Part shown: positions 10,126-19,124 of the stretch, one piece after another | Numbering within the stretch: the first letter of the stretch is position 1 | How the letters are laid out: the number at the start of each line of letters is the position of its first letter | Source of the DNA: an uncultured Gemmatimonadales bacterium | GTDB lineage: Bacteria > Gemmatimonadota > Gemmatimonadetes > Longimicrobiales > Gaopeijiaceae | NCBI GenBank assembly: GCA_963823035.1 | Contig: CAWGKG010000023.1 | Span: 231,460-295,459 of the forward strand | Direction of reading: 5' to 3' | Length of the DNA: 64,000 bases | Translations under genes and position numbers: made by a program | The notes under the pieces: generated by a model | What the model was told of the DNA's origin: nothing | The model's database searches: none | The model's input: the letters and a program-made list of their open reading frames with translations, nothing else

Positions 10126-10840
10126 TCAGGGAACGTCCATCCTCCGCAGCTGCCGCGTCGACAGCCAGACGAACAGCACACAGACGGCCACGGCCACGGC
10201 GCTCGCCGTGCCCAGCCCCACGTGGGGGTCCGCGACGAAGCGCCGCGGGTCCAGGCCGTGCATCAGCGCGATCGAGTAGTGCCGGATGCTCAGGAAGCGG
10301 ATGCCGGACACGTAGCCGGAGAAGAAGCCCTCCCACAGCACGATGTACAGAAGGCCGAAGCCGATGGCCTGCCGTGTGACCAGCCCGAGCCAGACGAAGG
10401 CCGCCGAGTACATGAGCAGGCCGGCGAGAGCCGACACGGTGGTGGCGAGCGTCGCGGTCACGTCGTGGTTGTAGGCGAGATAGCTGGTCAGGAACGCGCT
10501 CGCGAGGATGAACGGCCCGGCCACCGCGACCGCGGCGGCGAGCTTCGGGAGCACGATCTGCCAACGGGGGATCGGTGCGAGGGTGAGGTTCGCGAGCGTC
10601 TGGTCCTCGACCTCGTTGGCGAAGGCCGCGCTCGCGATCGCCACCACGATGAGCGGGCGCGATCGAGCCCGCCAGCATCGTACTCAGCACGATGAGCTCG
10701 AACTCGTCGATGAACGGCGTCGAGTCCGACCGCACCACCAGCGCGGTGAAGAGCACGGGCAGCGCCGCCAGCACGGTGAGGATGACCAGGCGCCACCGCC
10801 CCGACAGCTGTCGCACGGTCAGCGAGAACACGGACCCCAT
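10126..10840 (-). CDS. ABC-2 type transporter permease (frameshift near 10655)
   Basis: MGSVFSLTVRQL..., AFANEVEDQTLANLTLAPIPRWQIVLPK, six TM segments. Confidence 0.85.
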
Positions 10841-10842
10841 CG

Positions 10843-11773
10843 TCAGCCCTCCACCAGGTAGCCGAAGACGCTTTCGAGCGAGTCGTCCAGCGGCTCGACG
10901 CGGCGAAGGGTGATGCCGGCCTGCTTGGCGAGCCTGGGGAGCTCGACCTGCAGGTCGCGTACCTTGCTGCTCAGCACGATGATCGCTCCGTCGGGATCCA
11001 CGTTCACGGCGTCGACCGAATCGAGCCGCACCACCGCGGCGGCCAGCTCGCGCGGCCGGTCCGCCACGACCCGGACGTGGTAGGGCCGCTTGTCCAGCGC
11101 CGCCCGGATCGCGCGGAAGCCGCCGGAGGCGGCGAGCTTGCCGTTGATGATGAGCAGCACGGTCTCGGCGAGCTGCTCGACCTCCTCGAGGATGTGCGAC
11201 GACAGCACGATCGTGCGCCCCTCGGCCGCGAGCTCGCGCAGCAGGGCCTGGAAATGGACGCGCTGGCGCGGGTCGGCGCCGTTGAGCGGCTCGTCCAGGA
11301 TGAGCACCTCGGGATCGTGGACGAGCGTCGCCGCGAGCCTCATGCGCTGGCGCATCCCCCGCGAGTACGTGCCCATGGGGAGATGGGCGGCCGCGGCCAG
11401 GTCGACCAGCGCGATCGCGCGCTCCGTCGCGGCGCCGACGTCGGAGACGCCCCGCAGGCGGGCCATCATGCGGACGAACTCCTCGCCCCTTCATGAACGG
11501 ATAGACCGTCTCGTGCTCGGACATGACCCCGATGCGGCCGTAGAGCGGCGCGTTGTCCCGCACCGGCTCGCCGAACATCGTGACCGCCCCGTCCGATACG
11601 GCGGCCAGCCCCGTCATCATGCGCAGCAGCGTGGTCTTGCCCGCCCCGTTCGGACCGAGCAGGCCGGTGATGCCGGGTCCGATGTCGAACGTCACGTCGC
11701 TGACGGCGACGACGCTGCCGAACCAGCGGGACACGTGGTCCACGCGGATGACCGCCGTCCCGTTCGCGCTCAC
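10843..11773 (-). CDS. ABC transporter ATP-binding protein (frameshift near 11488)
   Basis: GPNGAGKTT, YSRGMRQR signature, LILDEP, SSH. Confidence 0.92.
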
Positions 11774-12706
11774 GGCGTCAGCCTCCGGTAGCGCGCCCAC
11801 AGCACGCCTCCCGGCACCAGGACCCAGAGCCCGTACCAGCCGACGAGCAGCCAGGCCGGCAGCTCCCGTGCGGGCGCGCTCCGCGTCACCCCGCTCGGCT
11901 CGCCGAAGATGAGGTCGTTCACGTGCACCGGGATGTTGCTGAGGTTGAACATCGAGATCCACTGCCCGGCCGTCCCCCCGATCTCCGACGCGAGGCCGGT
12001 GGTGAACGGCGTGGTGATCACGAAGAGCCCGACCAGGAACACCGACGCATACGCGCGCCGCGTCGTGAAGCCGGCCACGAGCATGGCGAGCGTCGTGGTG
12101 TAGGCGGCCAGCGCGGCGCCCGCGGCCAGGATCTTCGGAACGTCCGTCCAGTGGGCGCGGATGTACACGGCGGGTTCCGGGTTGCCCATGATCATCCCGG
12201 CCATCAGCACGAACTGCGGCAGCCAGGCCGCCCCCAGCGAGACGGCCAGGAAGGCGAGCCAGCGGGCGACGATGTAGTCCGACCCGGTCAGCGGCCGAAC
12301 GAGATAGAGGTTGATCACCCCGTCGCGCCGATCGGGGCACAGCAGCTCGGGCGCGACCACCGCCGAGAAGACGAAGAAGAAGATCGAGGCGATGCCGTAG
12401 AAATCCGAGTGCGAGGGGAGCTGCTCGACGGCGTCCGGACCCCCGAGGCGGAGCGCCGCGCCCGCCACGAGCGCCATGATGAAGGCGATCGACACCAGCA
12501 GGAGGATGAAGGCCCAGGGCAGCACCTTGGCCTTCGCGCCGCGGCCGAGGCCGAGCGCCGTGCGCACACCGTCCTTGAACACGGCGAGCCGCACGCGACG
12601 CCGCCCCTCGCGCGGACCGTCGTAGCGCTGGTAGCCGATGTCGAAGACGGTGCCGGCGGCCCCACCCGTCGGCACGGCGACCCGCCTCGGGGGCCTGCGT
12701 GCTCAT
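11770..12706 (-). CDS. ABC-2 type transporter permease (indel near 5' end)
   Basis: VFDIGYQRYDGPR, PELLCPDRRDGVINLYLVRPLT, six TM segments; ATGA overlap at 12703-12706. Confidence 0.88.
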
Positions 12707-13626
12707 CGGTCGCCTCCGGCCTCGTCGTCGCCGTCACGGGCGAACAGCTCGGCCAGAGCGCGGCGGCGCGGCGCCATGCGCCGCAACGGCGCCTGGGCCG
12801 CCACCAGAGCGTCGCGCACGAGGTCGTAGACCGACTCGTCCGCACCGTCGATGTGCAGCCCGCTGCCGTCCGGGCGGACCTCGACGCCGGCCGCCTCGAG
12901 TCGGGCCACCAGGCCGTCGCGGTTGGCGTCGACCTCGATGAACACGCTCTCCGTCTCCTTGGTGAACGCGCTCACCTCACCCGATTGCACGAGGCGGCCG
13001 CCCTGGAGCACCAGGATCCGATCGCAGGTGCGCTCCACGTCCGCCATGAGGTGCGAGGACAGCAGGATGCTGATCCCGAACTCCCGGTGCGTCTTGCGCA
13101 CGAGGTCGAGCATCTCCTCGCGGCCGGCCGGATCGAGGCCGGCGGTGGGCTCGTCCAGGAAGACCATGAGCGGGTCGTGGACGAGCGCCTGGGCGAGCTT
13201 GACCCGCTGCTTCATCCCCGTCGAGTAGCCGCCGATCGGGCGGTAGCGCTCCTCGAACAGGCCGGCGTGGCGCAGTGTATCGGCGGCGCGCGTACGCGCC
13301 CTGGACGGCGGCAGACCGCTCACCTCGGCCATGTGCGTGAGGAACTCCGCGGCGCTCACCGAGCTCGGGAGGCAGTCGTGCTCGGGCATGTAGCCGAGCC
13401 GGGCGCGCACCTCGACGCTCGTGGCCGCATCCTCACCCAGCACGATCGCCGATCCGGACGTCGGCTTCAGAAGGCCGAGGAAGATCTTGATCGCGGTGCT
13501 CTTGCCGGCGCCGTTCTCACCGAGGATGCCCGTGATCCCGTCGTGGATCCCGAAGCTGACGCCGCCGAGCGCGACCACGTCGCCGTAGTGCTTGGTGAGC
13601 CTCTCGGCGGAGACGAGCGGTTCCAT
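12703..13626 (-). CDS. ABC transporter ATP-binding protein
   Basis: GENGAGKST, YSTGMKQR, FLDEPTAGLDP, SSH. Confidence 0.95.
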   Translation of the reverse strand: MEPLVSAERLTKHYGDVVALGGVSFGIHDGITGILGENGAGKSTAIKIFLGLLKPTSGSAIVLGEDAATSVEVRARLGYMPEHDCLPSSVSAAEFLTHMAEVSGLPPSRARTRAADTLRHAGLFEERYRPIGGYSTGMKQRVKLAQALVHDPLMVFLDEPTAGLDPAGREEMLDLVRKTHREFGISILLSSHLMADVERTCDRILVLQGGRLVQSGEVSAFTKETESVFIEVDANRDGLVARLEAAGVEVRPDGSGLHIDGADESVYDLVRDALVAAQAPLRRMAPRRRALAELFARDGDDEAGGDR

Positions 13627-13659
13627 CGCGTCCTGCTCCGGGTGGGGGGAGGGTCGGTC

Positions 13660-14607
13660 TCACGATCGCCTGCACGCTTCCTGGTATCCGAGCCGGCACG
13701 CACGCCGGAAGAGGCTGCCCGCACGGTAGACGTCCCGATCCACGCCGTTGCCGTTGGCGTACATCTCGCCGAGCCGGAAGCAGCTCTCCGCCACCGGCGC
13801 GGAGCCCTCGCCGCGCGTCAGCGTGCCGTCGCAGGCCTTGTCGAAGAGCTCGACGGCGCGCGCGTCGTCCGCGGGCACGTCGCCGCCGCCCACGAGCAGC
13901 TCGGCGAGGTGGAAGCACCCGATCATCTCGGTCTCGCACGCTTGCTCGAAGAGCTCGCCGGCGCGGCCGCCGTCCACCTGCACGCCCATGCCGTCCACGT
14001 ACGCTTCGCCCAGGCGCGAGCAGCCGAGCGCCGAGCCGCCGTCACACGCCTGCCGGTAGAGCGTCACGGCCCGGTCCGGATCCACCTCGACGCCGCGGCC
14101 GTCGCGGTACAGCACGCCGAGCCGCGCGCAGCCGTCCATGACGCCGCCCTCGCAGGCCCTTCCGTACAGCGCGGCTGCCCGTCCGAAGTCCTGGAGGACC
14201 CCCTTCGCCTCGACGTCGGGCACCACGCTGTCGCGCTCCGCGTACATGTCGCCCAGCTCCGTGCAGCCGACGAGGGCCCCGCGCTCGCACCCCTGGTCGA
14301 GCAGGCGGGCCGCCAGGGCGGAGTCGAACGCGACGCCCCGACGCTCGGCGGAGCCGTCGACGTGCAGACGCGCGAGACGCACGCACCCCTCCCCTTCGCC
14401 GCCGTCGCAAGCCGCCTGGAAGAGGTCGGATGCGCGCCGCCAGTCCCTCAGGACGTGATCGCCCTGCAAGTTCCGGTAGCCCAGGCTGTCACACGCCGCC
14501 GCGTCTCCGGCCGAGCATGACGCGTCCAGCGCGCGGGCCTCGCGCGCCTCGGGATTGCACGCGGACACGAGGGCCGCGGCGACGAGGATCGGAAGGCCGC
14601 GCCTCAC
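13660..14607 (-). CDS. Cysteine-rich Sel1-like repeat lipoprotein
   Basis: Lipobox LVSAC; about seven repeats of A-x-x-L-(F/Y)-x-x-AC-x-x-G...C-x-x-LG-x-x-Y-x-x-G-x-GV-x-x-D. Confidence 0.88.
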   Translation of the reverse strand: MRRGLPILVAAALVSACNPEAREARALDASCSAGDAAACDSLGYRNLQGDHVLRDWRRASDLFQAACDGGEGEGCVRLARLHVDGSAERRGVAFDSALAARLLDQGCERGALVGCTELGDMYAERDSVVPDVEAKGVLQDFGRAAALYGRACEGGVMDGCARLGVLYRDGRGVEVDPDRAVTLYRQACDGGSALGCSRLGEAYVDGMGVQVDGGRAGELFEQACETEMIGCFHLAELLVGGGDVPADDARAVELFDKACDGTLTRGEGSAPVAESCFRLGEMYANGNGVDRDVYRAGSLFRRACRLGYQEACRRS

Positions 14608-14611
14608 TTCG

Positions 14612-17326
14612 CTACTCCGCGCGGAGCGACTGCATGGGATCCACGGACGCGGCACGCCGGGCCGGGACGTAGCTGGCGAGGAGCGCCACCACGACCATCA
14701 CGGCGGACATCACCGCGAAGGTCGGGACGTCCAGCGTGCCCACGCCGAACGTCAGGGAGCCGAGGAGGCGCGTGAGGAAGAACGCGGCCAGCAGGCCCAC
14801 GACGACCCCGGCCAGCGTGATCCTCGCGCCCTGCGCGACGACCATGCGGAGGACGCGCCCGCCCTGCGCGCCCAGCGCCATGCGCACGGCGATCTCGTGG
14901 GCCCGGTTGGCGACCACGTACGCGAGCACGCCGTACAGACCCACCGCGCCGAGCGTCAGCGCCAGCCCCGAGGCCAGCGCGAGCATCAGCATCGTGAAGG
15001 AGAGGCGAGCCATCGAGCGGTCCGCGAGTGCCTCCATCGTGAACACGCGGTACATCGGCGACTCCGGCACGTACTGCCGCATCAGCTCCCGGACGTCCGG
15101 GGCGATCGCGTCGGCGCGCGGCGTCTTCACCACGTAGGCGGGTGAGCCGACGGCCCAACGCTTCGGGTGGGGCCCCACCATGGGGAGGTAGACCATCGGG
15201 CTGGGGGCCTCCTGTGCCAGGTCGTCCACGAGGATGTCCTCGACCACGCCCACGACCGTGAGCCAGTTGGTGGTGTCGTTCTCGGCCATGGCGAGCCGGC
15301 GTCCGAGCGGGTCTCGCCCGGGCCACAGCTGATTCGCGGCCGAGGTGCTCACGACCACGTGGGTCGGCCCCACTACGTCGTCGGAGGGGTCGAGGATTCG
15401 CCCGGCCAGGAGCGAGATCCCCATCGTCCGGAAGTAGTCCCCGCCGATGAACGTCATCCGCATGGGAGGCGGTGTCTCGCCGCTGACCACGCTCTCCTCG
15501 GTCGCGAAGTGGTTCGTGGCCGCACCCTCGTCGAGCGGGAGCCAGTTCGTCAGGCCCACGGAGGTGACACCCGGGAGCGCGGCCACGCGCTCCATGAACT
15601 GCCGGTGGAACTCCGCGTAGGTCGGCCCGTCGTTCACCTCTTGGCGTTGGGGCGCCACCTGGAAGGTGAAGACGTTCGCGGCGTCGTAGCCGGGGTCTAC
15701 GTGGCTGAGCGTCCAGAAGCTGCGCAGCAGCAGTCCGGAGCCGACCAGGAGCACGAGGGCGGACGCGGTCTGGAGGAGGACCAGCGCGTTCCTGCCGTAG
15801 CGGGGGCCGCTCTCGCCGATGCCGCCCACCTGCCGCATGGCGCCTACGAAGCGGGGGCGAGAGAAGCGGATCGCCGGGGCCAGCCCGAAGGCGACCGCGG
15901 TCAGGATCGAGAGCCCGGCGGTGAAGGCGAGCCCGGCGACGCCCAGCCTCGCGGCGTCGAGGTTGGGGATGTTCTCCGGCGCTACGCGCACGAGGAGCGG
16001 AAGCGCGACGCGCGCGATCACGACGCCGCCGAGACCGCCCAGCGCCGCCAGCAGGAGCGCCTCGGACATCTGGGCGCGCACCAGACCTCCGCGGCCTGCG
16101 CCCAGGGCCTGGCGCACCGCGAGGTCGTGCCGGCGCCCTTCGGCGCGGACCGTGAAGAGGTTGGCGACGTTCGCGCAGGCGATGAGCAGGACGATCCCGA
16201 CCGTCCCGAGCAGCAGCCACAGGGGCCGGGCGATGTCGCCCACCATCTGCTCCTCGAGGGAGCGCACGACGGGACGGTGGTGCTCGATGATCTCGGCGTA
16301 ACGGGCCGGGCCGCCGAAACGCTCGGGGAGACGCTTCGCGAGGACGTCGAGCTGCTGGGTGAGCGCCTGGGGGTCGGTACCCGGCTTCACCCGCCCGACC
16401 AGGTTGAGGCCGAAGTTGCCGGGTCGAAGCTCACTGGGGTCGCCGAGCTTCGCGTGCATCCAGGCGGCGACGCGCGCCTCCGGGAAGCGCCACTCCGGCG
16501 GCATGACCCCGATGACCGTGCGTTGCCTGCCGGACACCTCGTAGGAGCGGCCCACCACGGCAGGGTCGCTGCCGAACCACGTCTCCCACAGCCAGTGGCT
16601 GATCACCATCACCTGCCCGGAATCGTCCTCGTCCGCGGGAAGGCGGCCGAGCTCCGGGGTCGCGCCGAGCGTGGTGAAGAGCGTCGAGGTCGCCTGGGCG
16701 ACGAAGAGCCGGTCGAACTGCTCGTCGCCGCGTACGGTGGTCTGCCCGACGGCGTACATGCCCAGGTCCTCGAGCAGGTCCGCGCCCTCCCGGTACTGGA
16801 CGTAGAACTCGGGACCGGGACCGAACTCCTCCGGCATGTCCGTGCCCGGCGCCGTTGCGCGGATCGAGACGAGCCGATCCGACGCGGGGAAGTCCAGGGG
16901 ATCGAGCAGGACCGCGTCGACGACGCCGAAGATGGCCGTGTTGGCGCCGATCGCGAGCGCCAGCGTGAGCACGGTGACGAACGCGAAGCCCGGGGCCCGC
17001 CGGAGGGAGCGCGCCGCCTGCGCCACATCCCTCGTCCACCCTTCGATGATCTGACCCATGTCCCGATTCCCCCCTTGCTGGTATCCACCCGCGTGCTGCC
17101 CTGGCCCGCGCGCTCCGCGATAGCGCCTTCCATGGCGCATCCGCTGACGGAGGAGCGCGATCGTCATGTCCGCGACGCCGCAGGCGGTCAGCGCGTGCGC
17201 GACGAGCGGCCCGCGCCGCGCGATGCGGCAACCGTGCACTTCGTTGAGGTCGCCGATGGCGTCTTCGGCGCGATCCGGGAGCGCCACGAGCCGGAGGAGC
17301 GCCGCCTCCCAGCGCGGTATCGTCAA
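14612..17326 (-). CDS. Duplicated MacB/FtsX ABC permease (ADOP type) with N-terminal extension
   Basis: RRAPGFAFVTVLTLALAIGANTAIF, LLIACANVANL, VRQALGAGR, EIAVRMALGA, SYVPARRAASVDPMQSLRAE. Confidence 0.93.
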   Translation of the reverse strand: MTIPRWEAALLRLVALPDRAEDAIGDLNEVHGCRIARRGPLVAHALTACGVADMTIALLRQRMRHGRRYRGARGPGQHAGGYQQGGNRDMGQIIEGWTRDVAQAARSLRRAPGFAFVTVLTLALAIGANTAIFGVVDAVLLDPLDFPASDRLVSIRATAPGTDMPEEFGPGPEFYVQYREGADLLEDLGMYAVGQTTVRGDEQFDRLFVAQATSTLFTTLGATPELGRLPADEDDSGQVMVISHWLWETWFGSDPAVVGRSYEVSGRQRTVIGVMPPEWRFPEARVAAWMHAKLGDPSELRPGNFGLNLVGRVKPGTDPQALTQQLDVLAKRLPERFGGPARYAEIIEHHRPVVRSLEEQMVGDIARPLWLLLGTVGIVLLIACANVANLFTVRAEGRRHDLAVRQALGAGRGGLVRAQMSEALLLAALGGLGGVVIARVALPLLVRVAPENIPNLDAARLGVAGLAFTAGLSILTAVAFGLAPAIRFSRPRFVGAMRQVGGIGESGPRYGRNALVLLQTASALVLLVGSGLLLRSFWTLSHVDPGYDAANVFTFQVAPQRQEVNDGPTYAEFHRQFMERVAALPGVTSVGLTNWLPLDEGAATNHFATEESVVSGETPPPMRMTFIGGDYFRTMGISLLAGRILDPSDDVVGPTHVVVSTSAANQLWPGRDPLGRRLAMAENDTTNWLTVVGVVEDILVDDLAQEAPSPMVYLPMVGPHPKRWAVGSPAYVVKTPRADAIAPDVRELMRQYVPESPMYRVFTMEALADRSMARLSFTMLMLALASGLALTLGAVGLYGVLAYVVANRAHEIAVRMALGAQGGRVLRMVVAQGARITLAGVVVGLLAAFFLTRLLGSLTFGVGTLDVPTFAVMSAVMVVVALLASYVPARRAASVDPMQSLRAE

Positions 17327-17658
17327 ACCGCGCCCCCCAAGGCGTCCTCCAGGCCGGCGGCCAGGGCGCGGATCGCGCCCGTCGTGGCACGCGCGGCGGC
17401 GATTCCCTCGGGCTCGACCTTCACGAGGCGTCGCGGCTTGCCGCCCCGCTCCGGGCGGGGATCCCCCAGACGGGTCGTGACGAGCCGTTTCTCCTCGAGG
17501 CGCTGCAGCGTGGTGTGGACGTTCGCCCGGCGCACGGACCGTCCGGCCCTGCCCTCGATCACGTCCGCGATCGAGACGGTATAGGCCTCATCGGGTCCGA
17601 GGCGGAGCGCGGCCAGGATCACCAGAAGCTCGAACTCGGCGAGCGAATCGCGCGTCAT
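17323..17658 (-). CDS. PadR-family transcriptional regulator
   Basis: LAEFELLVILAALRL, NVHTTLQRLEEKRLV, GDPRPERGGKPRR; overlaps permease start. Confidence 0.9.
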   Translation of the reverse strand: MTRDSLAEFELLVILAALRLGPDEAYTVSIADVIEGRAGRSVRRANVHTTLQRLEEKRLVTTRLGDPRPERGGKPRRLVKVEPEGIAAARATTGAIRALAAGLEDALGGAV

Positions 17659-17670
17659 CGGCACCCCATA

Positions 17671-17715
17671 AAAGTTGGATTGTGACTATATGGCCCCGGC
17701 CGAAGGGTACGTCAA
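17671..17715 (-). promoter_or_regulatory. Sigma-70-like promoter candidate for the padR-permease operon
   Basis: Minus strand TTGACG (17715-17710)-N19-TATAGT (17690-17685), followed by an AT-rich imperfect dyad; spacer longer than optimal. Confidence 0.45.
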
Positions 17716-17753
17716 GGATCGGCGAACCGACGTACCCCTGAAGGTGCACGGAG

Positions 17754-17782
17754 CGATGTCCAGTTCCGTCCCCCTCCGACGC
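17754..17782 (+). promoter_or_regulatory. Candidate ECF43 target promoter, copy 1
   Basis: CGATGTCCAG-ttccgtccccctc-CGACGC; 22/29 identical to 21840-21868. Confidence 0.6.
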
Positions 17783-17836
17783 TGACTGGTTCGGAACCGA
17801 CAGCCTCCCCTGTCCACTCGTCTCCGGAGGGATCCC

Positions 17837-18352
17837 ATGAACACGCAGGTCGCGACCTCGAAGCCCATCAAGATCCTCACGCTCCAGGCCAACGCCGATG
17901 CGCGGGTGCAGGGCAGCACCAGCGACAACCTCGGAGCGGGAGACCTCATCCTCGGCCTGCAGGACAAGGTCGCCTTCGCCCACTTCGACCTGAGCGAGCT
18001 CCCGGCGAGCGCCGTCATCAACTCCGCCGAGCTGACGCTCTCCTTCCGGGACGACGGCCTGGGTACGAACGACGTCGAGGTCGGCGTGGTGCACGGACGG
18101 TGGAGGCAGGCCGGCCTCACCGCCGCCAACCAGCCGAGGGTCAACTGGCGCGGGTACACCCGGACGGTGACCGGTGGCGCCTCCGTCACCTGGGACGTCA
18201 AGAACGTGGTGGCCGGCTGGGCGAGCGACGACCGGGCCAATCTCGGGTTCGCCTTCCGCGGCGACGGGCCCCTCAAGCGGGCCTACTCGCGCGAGACCGC
18301 CGCGTCGCCGGGTAGCGCGCCGACGCTCCGCATCCGCTACATCGAGCCCTGA
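17837..18352 (+). CDS. DNRLRE/CBM96-like beta-sandwich domain protein
   Basis: ADARVQ...NLG, AFAHFDLSELPASAVINSAELTL, WDVKNVVAGW, YSRE...PTLRIRY; GGAGG RBS. Confidence 0.75.
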   Translation: MNTQVATSKPIKILTLQANADARVQGSTSDNLGAGDLILGLQDKVAFAHFDLSELPASAVINSAELTLSFRDDGLGTNDVEVGVVHGRWRQAGLTAANQPRVNWRGYTRTVTGGASVTWDVKNVVAGWASDDRANLGFAFRGDGPLKRAYSRETAASPGSAPTLRIRYIEP

Positions 18353-18471
18353 CCTACGCTGGAACGGCTACGCACGGCGGCCGGAGGCTCCGGATGACGG
18401 CTCCCGACTCCTTCTCCCGCGACGATGCCCCCGTCGGCCCGAATCCGGGTCGGCGGGGCTCGGTCGCCTCT

Positions 18472-19059
18472 TCAGTCGAGCGTCTCGAGCACGGACACGT
18501 CGGGTTCGATCTCCTTGCGGAGCCACGCCCGGGCGAGGAGCCAGTCGCGCTGGACCGTCTTGAGGGAGACCCCGAGGCTGGCCGCCGTCTCCTCGAGCGT
18601 GAGCCCCCCGAAGAACCGACGCTCGACCACCTGGGCAGCTCGCTCGTCGACGGCGGCGAGCCGGGTAAGCGCATCGTCGAGAGCCATGAGCTCCGTCGCC
18701 GACTGCTCCGTCATCAGGGCCTGGATCTCCTCCAGGGGAGCGGCGATCTGGCCGGAGCCCCGCTTGATCCGCCGGCGCGCGCGGGCGTGGTCGATGAGGA
18801 TGCGGCGCATGGCCTGGGACGCGACCGCGAGGAACTCGCCGCGGTCCTCGGCGACCAGTCGCTCGCGGTCGACGAGCCGGACATACGCCTCGTGGACCAG
18901 CGCGGTGGCGCCCAGCGTATGGCCGATCGCCTCCCGAGCGAGCTGGGATCTGGCGACGACCTTAAGCTCGTCGTAGATGAAGGGGAAGAGTTGGTCCAGG
19001 GCATCGCGCTCGCCGGCGCGAAGCCGGGCGAGACAGGTGGAGATCGGGCCGCTCGTCAT
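18472..19059 (-). CDS. ECF sigma factor, TIGR02999/ECF43 type
   Basis: ALDQLFPFIYDELK, GHTLGATALVHEAYVRL, AMRRILIDHAR...KRG, RFFGGLTLEETA, RDWLLARAWL. Confidence 0.93.
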   Translation of the reverse strand: MTSGPISTCLARLRAGERDALDQLFPFIYDELKVVARSQLAREAIGHTLGATALVHEAYVRLVDRERLVAEDRGEFLAVASQAMRRILIDHARARRRIKRGSGQIAAPLEEIQALMTEQSATELMALDDALTRLAAVDERAAQVVERRFFGGLTLEETAASLGVSLKTVQRDWLLARAWLRKEIEPDVSVLETLD

Positions 19060-19124
19060 CGATGGTCCCCCCTGTTGATGCCTCGCTACAGGTACACGGC
19101 GCTTCTCAAGCAGGCAAGGTGACC

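Noticed and set aside
13660..14607. Periodic sequence that could suggest a DNA repeat array
   Set aside because: Explained by protein-level Sel1 repeats.
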